From Macrostomum lignano (lineage: Eukaryota): DNA of 28,402 nucleotides. Below are positions 20,601 through 28,402 of this stretch, piece by piece (the first letter of the stretch is position 1; every line of letters starts with the position of its first letter). The notes beneath the pieces were generated by a model. That model had not been told where the DNA came from. It saw nothing but the letters and a program-made list of their open reading frames with translations, and made no database searches. The position numbers and the translations under genes were made by a program. Location: NCBI GenBank assembly GCA_002269645.1, contig NIVC01003007.1:1-28402 (forward strand), in the 5' to 3' direction.

Positions 20601-21932
20601 AATCGCTAATTGGAACTCAGAGCAAAAAAATTCGAAATAATTGCCAAATCCTATTTTAGTTTCGCGTGAATACGACGATTTCGGATCCCAAGAGACTGTG
20701 AGAGGGGCAGATGGCCTGACTACCCTGATAATTGAGTGTTTGAGTCTCCCCTCCTCAGGAGCTAATCCCACCTCCCACATTTTGCTCCAAATTCAACTGG
20801 AGAGTTTTCTGAGGTTTTCTTAATTGATTTATCCTCTTTGCCTGGCTACAGGAATTTCATTCAATTAATTTGCCTGGTTCTGCCGCTGGCCACCGACTCG
20901 CTGTCATCCCCTCTCATCTCCCTCCCTCACTCATCCCCTCTCATCTCCCTCCCTCTCTCATCCCCTCTCATGTCCCTCCCTCTCTCATCCCCTCTCATCT
21001 CCCTCCCTCTCTCATCCCCTCTCATCTCCCTCCCTCTCTCATCCCCTCTCATCTCCCTCCCTCTCTCATCCCCTCTCATCTCCCTCCCTCTCTCATCCCC
21101 TCTCATCTCCCTCCCTCTCTCATCCCCTCTCATCTCCCTCCCTCTCTCATCCCCTCTCATCTCCCTCCCTCTCTCATCCCCTCTCATCTCCCTCCCTCTC
21201 TCATCCCCTCTCATCTCCCTCCCTCTCTCATCCCCTCTCATCTCCCTCCCTCTCTCATACCCTCTCATCTCCCTCCCTCTCTCATCCCCTCTCATCTCCC
21301 TCCCTCTCTCATCCCCTCTCATCTCCCTCCCTCTCTCATCCCCTCTCATCTCCCTCCCTCTCTCATCCCCTCTCATCTCCCTCCCTCTCTCATCCCCTCT
21401 CATCTCCCTCCCTCTCATCCCCTCTCATCTCCCTCCCTCTCTCATCCCCTCTCATCTCCCTCCCTCTCTCATCCCCTCTCATCTCCCTCCCTCTCTCATC
21501 CCCTCTCATCTCCCTCCCTCTTTCATTCCCCTCTCATCTCCCTCCCTCTTTCATTCCCCTCTCATCTCCCTCCCTCTCTCATTCCCCTCTCATCTCCCTC
21601 CCTCTTTCATTCCCCTCTCATCTCCCTCCCTCTGTCATCCCCTCTCATCTCCCTCCCTCTCTCATCCCCTCTCATCTCCCTCCCTCTCATCCCCTCTCAT
21701 CTCCCTCCCTCTCATCCTCTCTCATCTCTCTCCCTCTCTCATCTTCTCCCATCTCCCTACCGCTCTCATCTCCTACCAGCTCCTAGCTCCTCTCATCTTC
21801 TCTCATCCCCTCTCGTCTCCCTAACTTTATAATCTCCCTCTCTATCTCACCTCTCATCTCATCGAGACAAAAAACAGCAAGAGCTGGAACAAATCTTACC
21901 AAAGTAGTCAAGTCGAGTAATTGAGCTTGCAT
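14661..21932 (-). CDS. Rhodopsin-class neuropeptide GPCR of the GnRH/AKH/corazonin receptor superfamily; complete 4-exon model, 443 aa
   Basis: Exons 21932-21900 (MQAQLLDLTTL, donor GTAAGA), 19882-19439, 18249-18018 and 15283-14661 total 1332 nt with phases 0,0,1. Motifs: HLIVADLLV, AWMMTVQFYGGDLLC..KFLQ, GIDRAVAV..P, APQ|LFFF...GPWREDFYQCVS, RAKLRSFRM, WLPY and NPVIYGAY. Confidence 0.9.
15309..15510. repeat. Degenerate tandem repeat of ctctcagggtgagattctagggt...gagatagcaattagagt, ~4 copies
   Basis: The motif is repeated visibly in the GPCR intron next to the last exon. Confidence 0.75.
15855..15945. repeat. ~14-bp minisatellite (acaggagggtgtt[a/c])
   Basis: About 5-6 direct copies. Confidence 0.85.
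16335..17895. repeat. Pyrimidine-rich 14/15-bp minisatellite (ctctcatctctgcct / ctctcatccatcct)
   Basis: ~1.55-kb array; it explains the DERGR-type ORFs in the track. Confidence 0.95.
18257..19318. repeat. 19-21-bp minisatellite (gttagacatgaggcacttgt variants)
   Basis: It fills almost the whole intron between GPCR exons 2 and 3. Confidence 0.95.
19900..20251. repeat. 27-bp minisatellite (tacatctggctgtgttctcatgagatg)
   Basis: About 13 copies; source of the NTARCTSHE, MRCTSGCVL and MYIWLCSHE ORFs. Confidence 0.95.
20904..21760. repeat. 27-bp pyrimidine-rich minisatellite (ctctctcatcccctctcatctccctcc)
   Basis: ~30 copies; source of the SLPLSSPLI and MRGDERGRE ORFs. Confidence 0.95.
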
Positions 21933-22022
21933 GACAGCTTTTTTGTCTTTTATATTCGTATTTGCCTTAGGATATCCTCTAGGGGAGATAGCCGTTGCAG
22001 CCGCTGTCCCCCACGCAGGCCG

Positions 22023-22076
22023 TATTTATAAACTGCCGCGGCCTGGTCTCCCTCATGGCACTCTCTGATTGGCTGC
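22023..22076 (-). promoter_or_regulatory. Pol II promoter of the GPCR: CCAAT box plus TATA box
   Basis: Minus-strand AGCCAATCAG (CCAAT at 22072-22068) and TATAAATA (22030-22023) lie ~90 nt upstream of the inferred ATG at 21932, with plausible spacing. Confidence 0.65.
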
Positions 22077-22999
22077 TTAAGACAGAGCAATTAGACTGAT
22101 GCATCAAATGTTCTGAGCTTCAGAATAGAATTTTAGTATTTGGAAATAGAGACAGGGGCTTTTACGGCACCTGTGGGGATTAAGGTTCAGATGGGAATTT
22201 GGAAAATATTTACTCTTGATCCTCTCCTAAATGGGAAAGTTAAGCATTCTTTTTCTTGTGTTCTTAGAGTGCTCATTTCTTGTTCTTAGAGTGCTCAATT
22301 TATATGCTATTGGAGTGCTCAATTTATGTTCCTAGAGTGCTCACTTCATGCACCTTTAGAGACAGAGTGCTTTCTTTGTGTGTTCTTTTAACACTCTAGT
22401 CCAGGTGTTAAAGGTGTCAGGAGGTCCTTGAACAGCGTCATGTTTTCTAGAAAGTCACCTGACTAGATTAGCCCTCAGCAGCTCTACGCCCTCGAAAAAA
22501 CGTGGGTGTAATAATCACTGTTTACCTGCCTTAACATGATTAAAGATCAGATAGAATCGGATTTCAAAGTGAGTAAAATCAATTTCTTTTAATTTAAACA
22601 ATTGCAGTCCGTGATCAACACCGGAAATTTAGCCACCCCCTCACACAGACCATATTTCTTTTGCGAAAATATCTATTTATATTCTTATTGACGTCATCCT
22701 TTTGCTTTGCTTTTTGCTTTTGCAATCGACAGAGTAAAAGCGAGAGATCTTTATTCCAGCAAGCTTTGAGCAAGAAGTTCAACTAGCTAAGCAGGCACTC
22801 ACAGCGGATGAGGGGCAATGGCTCGGTCATTTCGGAAATTAGTTTTCTGACTACCTCGTACTTCTTACACTAGTTTGGCTTCTTGAAAATCCGACGAGTA
22901 GAATATAACATAGCAATTTTTCATTTTTTGTTTGAGCGCAATTAATTAAAAGCTAATTAGAAGTGAAACACAGTTTTATCCCGGCATGCACAGAAAAGC

Positions 23000-23320
23000 G
23001 ATGATAAGAAATGGGGTGGTGGGCGATAGTTGGGGCTGGGAGTGAGGTGGGTGTCTGTTTGTGGGAAGGAGTCCAGAGCAAGGCCAATGATAAGAAATTG
23101 GGTGGTGGGTGCGATAGCTTATGCTGGGAGTGAGGTGGGGGTCTTCCCGGTGGACAGGAGTGCACCGAAAGGCAATAATAAGAAATGGGGTGGTGGGTGC
23201 GATAGCTTGGGCTGGGAGTGAGGTGGGTGTCTTCCCGGTGGACAGGAGTGCACCGAAAGGAAATGAGAAGAAATGGGGTGGTGAGAAATGATTAGATTGG
23301 AAGTGAGGTGGGTGTCTGTC
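23000..23320. repeat. ~90-95-bp tandem repeat, ~3.5 copies
   Basis: gataagaaat.gggtggtgggtgcgatagctt.ggctgggagtgaggtggg recurs. Confidence 0.85.
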
Positions 23321-24129
23321 TAACGGGTGGAGGAAAGACAAAACTACTCGTAGTCTGCAAAACATCCTGAAGTGTTTAGGATTTTCTTGGAGGGTTCGGC
23401 TTCTACGAGTCTTGTATCTGCACTTCTCAGGCAACGTGAGTATAGTTGACCAAGGTCTCCATCCCCGTATTAGAAGCCTTTCTAGTAGCGCAGGTATAGT
23501 TACTGCCACCAGTCCCTTCGGGTCTCAGTCTTCGGTGAGGTGAGCTTCCCGTCGGAACGAAATTAATAAGACGAGCGAAATCAGCACTTGGTGCAGATCT
23601 ACGATTGCAGACGATCAGTCAGCAGATCCTGCCGGGCTCAAAAGTGAGTGGGAGCTGGGCAGTGTTAGCCTGGGGTCAGACTCAGAAGTCTGGGTTTGAC
23701 GCGAGAACATAAGCGGGACAATGTCAGATTTGGAAACTTGGAGAATTTAGCAAACTGAATAATTAGAAACTGAAGCTGAACTCCTTGATGGAAATCACGT
23801 GAGATCTATTTTTAGCAACTGACGTCAGTGCCTTGCCTAGTAAAGCAAGAATTCCGAAGCACGTGAGCTCTGCCATAAGCACGCGCAAAATCAATGAAGT
23901 AAACATTTTTACTGTTCTTTTGGACTCCAAGAAACAAGGCTTGTCATGTGGCGCTGGCCAGATAATCGTTGTCACGCGCTGGGACCTGATTGAAAGTAGC
24001 TGATTGAAAGTTGCTGACAGTCCAATTTATATTTTAAGGAGTCTCATGTTCCAACTGAAAATAAGAAGTCTTGGTCATGCTTTGGCCACAGACAAATAGC
24101 TATATTTATGACGTTGAATATCAATTTAT

Positions 24130-25142
24130 ATGCTAACAAATGCCAAAACTCATCGGATGGTTAAAATTCGCAGTAAACTTCTGAGCACTGGGCAGTCAAT
24201 CAGCAGCATGGTCAGCAACAGCAGCAACACCCACGCCTGTTCGTTCCGCACCGCCCTACAACAGGCCTGCAGCCTGGACGTGGACACCAGCCCAGCCAAG
24301 ACCACGGGCACCGGCATCATGTGCACCATCGGCCCCGCCAGCTGGAGCGCCAAAGTCATCGCCGAGATGGTCCAAGCCGGCATGGACATTGCCCGGCTCA
24401 ACCTGTGTCATGGCACCTTAGAAGAGCATCGTCGAGCGTTGAAACTAATCGCCGAAGCCGAGGAGAAACTCCGCGACGATCCGGAGGTCTCCACTTGGCA
24501 GCACAAGCCGCTGGGCGTGGCGGTGGACACTCGCGGATCTGAGATTCGAACTGGCGCCCTACCGGAACATGGCAAGCTGACGGACACTGTGAATCTGGAG
24601 ACTGACAGCCTCGTGACCATCGACTGCTCACCAACTGGAGCTGCACAGCCCATCACGTCAACTCGACTGTGGGTCGATTTTGACAACTTCGCCAAGATTG
24701 TACAGCCTGGCCAAGCTGTGTACATCGACGACGGACTGCTGGAGCTGCGTGTCGAGTCGCCGCGACCGGCTGACTCGGCCGTGGACTGCCTGGTGATCGT
24801 CGGAGGCCAGCTGGGCGCCGCCCGGTGCGTCTGCCTGCCCGGGTGGACACCGGCATGCCTGAGGTCTCCCAGCGCGATCTCGACGATCTAGCGGCTCTGG
24901 CATCCGACTCGGGCGACGATTCTTTGGCGAGGATTGGCATCGTCATGGGTTCGTTTGTGCGCAGCGCCGAGACGGTGCGACGGCTGCGCCAAGCGGCCAC
25001 GGCTGACGGTCGGCCACCGCCGCTTGTCGTCGCCAAAATTGGCGACGCCAGAGGCCTACAGGCGCTGGAGGAGATTCTAGTTGAAGCCGACGGCGTTTTG
25101 GTGGCACGCGGCGACTTGGGGTGCGAGCTACCCCAAGAGAAG
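24130..25142 (+). CDS. pyk: Pyruvate kinase-like gene, 5' exon, with a 1-nt frameshift at ~24842 (pseudogene or assembly error); downstream exons not found in window
   Basis: TGIMCTIGPAS, GMDIARLNLCHG, DTRGSEIRTG and YIDDGLLEL, then in another frame VDTGMPEVSQRD, SFVRSA, AKIGD and DGVLVARGDLGCELPQEK followed by a GT donor at 25143. The start codon is uncertain. Confidence 0.85.
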
Positions 25143-25224
25143 GTTTGTTGCTGGCAATTCGCTGGTGAATGTGGTCCGATATCCAAGTTGACACCCGATC
25201 TCCACGATCGAAGTGTCGGGATAC

Positions 25225-25824
25225 GTCTAGGTTGAGACTGGGGTGTCCAATTCAAGACTGGATGCTCAAGTTGAGTCAAGGGTTTCCACTTTAAAGGATA
25301 AGTCGTAAGACAGGGGTGTCCAGGTGTAGACAGGAGGGTCCAAATTAAGAAAAAAGTGTCCAGGTTAGAACAGGAGTCTCCAGATTAAGACAGGAGTGTC
25401 CAGGTTAAGACAGGGTTATCCAGGTTAAGACAGGGATGTCCAGGTTAAGACAGAGGTGTCCAGGTTAAGACAGGATGTTAAGCCAGAGGTGTCCAGGTGA
25501 AGACAGGAGTGTCCAGGTTAAGACAGGAGTGTCCAGGTTAAGACAGGGTTAACCAGGTTAAGACAGGAGTGTCCAGGTTAAGACAGGGTTAACCAGGTTA
25601 AGACAGGAGTGTCCAGGTTAAGACAGGGTTAACCAGGTTAAGACAGGAGTGTCCAGGTTAAGACAGGGTTAACCAGGTTAAGACAGGAGTGTCCAGGCCG
25701 TTAGAACAGGAGTCTCCAGGTTAAGACACGGGTGTCCAAATTAAGACAGGGGTGTACAGGTTAAGACAGGAGGTTAAGACAGGGATGTCCAGGTTAAGAT
25801 ACGGATGTCCAGGTTAAGACAGGA
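25225..25824. repeat. 20-bp minisatellite (gtgtccaggttaagacagga)
   Basis: Direct tandem copies with two alternating variants. Confidence 0.95.
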
Positions 25825-26159
25825 GCAGTTGCTATTACCGTATTTAATTAGCCATGCCGTGGGCTGATCCAAGTGGGCGGATAAAAGAAGTTAGATTGAA
25901 AAATAACAGACTGCCACACAAGAAGCTTTGAAAGATGTCGGGTTGATTTCAAGTCTGCCTTCGCCATCTACTCATCCAAGCTGATGAGAAATATGAGCTA
26001 ACGCCTACAGTAGTGCTGATGAGTTGCAAGCAATTAGTTTTTTTCATTGTGCGGGCCCCTATGGAGTGAGATTTGGGATTTGAGATGATGAGAATTGAAA
26101 TGATGGAGTTGAAGATGAGTGACATAAAGTGAGTGAAATTGATTATATTGACATTGGTT

Positions 26160-26710
26160 ACAGTGACATGAGAAGAGTGACATGAGAAGAGTGCCATGAG
26201 AAGAGTGACATGAGAAGAGTGGTATGAGAAGAGTGACATGAGAAGAGTGACATGAGAAGAGTGACATGAGAAGAGTGACATGAGGGAGTGACATGAGAAG
26301 AGTGACATGAGAAGAGTGACATGAGAGAGTGACATGAGAAGAGTGATATGAGAAGAGTGACATGAGGGAGTGACATGAGAAGAGTGACATGAGAAGAGTG
26401 ACATGAGAAGAGTGACATGAGAAGAGTGACATGAGAAGAGTGACATAAGAAGAGTGACATGAGAAGAGTGACATGAGGGAGTGACATGAGAAGAGTGACA
26501 TGAGGGAGTGACATGAGAAGAGTGACATGAGAAGAGTGACATGAGAAGAGTGACATGAGAAGAGTGACATGAGGGAGTGACATGAGAAGAGTGACATGAG
26601 AAGAGTGACATGAGAAGAGTGACATGAGAAGAGTGACATGAGAAGAGTGACATGAGAAGAGTGACATGAGAGAGTGACATGAGAAGAGTGACATGAGAAG
26701 AGTGGCATGA
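26160..26710. repeat. 14-bp minisatellite (agaagagtgacatg)
   Basis: Direct tandem copies; source of the SLFSCHSSHVTLL ORFs. Confidence 0.95.
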
Positions 26711-27350
26711 TTAGAGTGATAAAAATGAGTGTTAGCAGTGCTCGTGCTCCATCATTGCAATCGAGGCCACAGAGTACAAGGGAAAATGGCGTGACCGACT
26801 GACTGAGACACGGGCAGAAGAATCCCGACTGCGAGCTCCCACAGGAAACCGCCGAGTTTCCCCTCCAAGCGAGTGGCTGGTTCAGCTCAGAATAGAAATT
26901 GCTTTTTGAAAAGAACAGAAAAACGCAGTGTTACTTATGTCGAGTAACCTGCGCTGTGTTTAGGTTAGGGAATCATAAATATCTAATTTTGCGTTTCCAT
27001 AAGGCACGTTCTTTTGCTAGACGTAATAACGGTTATATTCTATACGGCTATTTAAGAGGAACAGTTCTAAAGGAAACTAAGAAAGATCAAAGGTAAGAGC
27101 ATCTTCAAACGTTTTTACAGGCAATTTTCGTTAGGTTTAGACATTTTTTTCGTGTGTGAGTCCGACTGCCCCTACTAGAAATGCTGGGACTCAATACAAG
27201 CACTGCCTGAGGTTGAGGGAATCAAAGGCGGGTGTGAGATACGCTCGTCCTAGCCTCATCGGAGCCGTAGCTAGAGAGGGATGCAGGGGTGCCTCATCCT
27301 GCCTCCGAAATAGGCTGGACAAATTTGCGGTGCTCCCTACACAGCGCTAG

Positions 27351-28402
27351 GTTGGCGCCCCTTGGTGCTGGCGCCCCTTGGTGCTGGCGCCCCTTGGTGC
27401 TGGCGCCCCTTGGTGCTGGCGCCCCTTGGTGCTGGCGCCCCTTGGTGCTGGCGCCCCTTGGTGCTGGCGCCCCTTGGTGCTGGCGCCTCTTGGTGCTGGC
27501 GCCCCTGGTGCTGGCGCCCCTTGGTGCTGGCGCCCCTTGGTGCTGGCGCCCTTGGTGCTGGCGCCCCTTGGTGCTGGCGCCCCTTGGTGCTGGCGCCCCC
27601 TTGGTGCTGGCGCCCCTTGGTGCTGGCGCCCCTTGGTGCTGGCGCCCCTTGGTGCTGGCGCCCCTTGGTGCTGGCGCCCCTTGGTGCTGTCACCCCTTGG
27701 TGTTGGTGCCCCTTGGTGCTAAAGCCCCTTGGTGCTAAAGCCCCTTGGTGTTGGTGCCCTTGGTGCTAAAGCCCCTTGGTGCTAAAGCCCCTTGGTGCTA
27801 AAGCCCCTTGGTGCTGGCGCCCCTTGGTGCTGTCACCCCTTGGTGTTGGTGCCCCTTGGTGCTAAAGCCCCTTGGTGCTAAAGCCCCTTGGTGTTGGTGC
27901 CCCTTGGTGCTAAAGCCCCTTGGTGCTAAAGCCCCTTGGTGCTAAAGCCCTTGGTGCTGCGCCCCTTGGTGCTGGCGCCCCTTGGTGCTGGCGCCCCTTG
28001 GTGCTGGCGCCTCTTGGTGCTGGCGCCCCTTGGTGCTGGCGCCCCTTGGTGCTGGCGCCCCTTGGTGCTGGCGCCTCTTGGTGCTGGCGCCCCTTGGTGC
28101 TGGCGCCTCTTGTGCTGGCGCCCTTGGTGCTGCGCCCTTGGTGCTGGCGCCCCTTGGTGCTGGCGCCCCTTGGTGCTGGCGCCCCTTGGTGCTGGCGCCC
28201 CTTGGTGCTGGCGCCTCTTGGTGCTGGCGCCCTTGGTGCTGGCGCCCTTGGTGCTGGCGCCCCTTGGTGCTGGCGCCCCTTGGTGCTGGCGCCCCTTGGT
28301 GCTGGCGCCCCTTGGTGCTGGCGCCCTTGGTGCTGGCGCCCTTGGTGCTGGCGCCCCTTGGTGCTGGCGCCCCTTGGTGCTGCGCCCCTTGGTGCTGGCG
28401 CC
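27351..28402. repeat. 16-bp GC-rich minisatellite (ggtgctggcgcccctt) running off the window end
   Basis: Over 1 kb of tandem copies; source of the WCWRPLVLAPLGAGAP ORFs. Confidence 0.95.

Noticed and set aside
25981-26040. Two CTGATGAG motifs as further hammerheads
   Set aside because: Neither is followed by a stem II plus GAAA and an NUH site.
25143-27350. Next pyruvate kinase exon (expected VFLAQK...GKP...ATQMLESM)
   Set aside because: No matching translation was found by eye; it probably lies beyond the window or has been lost.
16912-27769. Long repetitive ORFs (DERGR, SLPLSSPLI, SLFSCHSSH, WCWRPLVLAP and similar)
   Set aside because: They are stop-free translations of minisatellites, open in several frames and on both strands.

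Overview
Eukaryotic (intron-containing, invertebrate-like) genomic DNA; the species cannot be fixed from sequence alone. From left to right: (1) ~1-4830 is one end of a Polinton/Maverick (adintovirus-like) endogenous DNA virus. It has intact major capsid (1094-2380) and penton (2402-3265) ORFs, a divergent frameshifted gene (<1-1063), a 78-aa ORF and a subterminal repeat zone. Inside that zone, on the minus strand (3865-3907), is a complete type I hammerhead ribozyme core, set between a tRNA D-arm-like hairpin and a Pol III B-box followed by TTTT. (2) 5383-11780 (+) holds eight phase-consistent exons of a DEG/ENaC channel with a kringle domain in its ectodomain and G-I-F in place of the G-x-S filter. 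Its 5' exons are not in the window, and its last intron holds a decayed Ty3/gypsy pol fragment. (3) 21932-14661 (-) is a complete 4-exon GnRH/AKH/corazonin-receptor-like GPCR with a CCAAT+TATA promoter. (4) 24130-25142 (+) is a divergent pyruvate kinase 5' exon with a 1-nt frameshift. The rest is MITEs and many minisatellites, which account for most long repetitive ORFs in the track. All family calls are by-eye motif recognition; no database searches were run.
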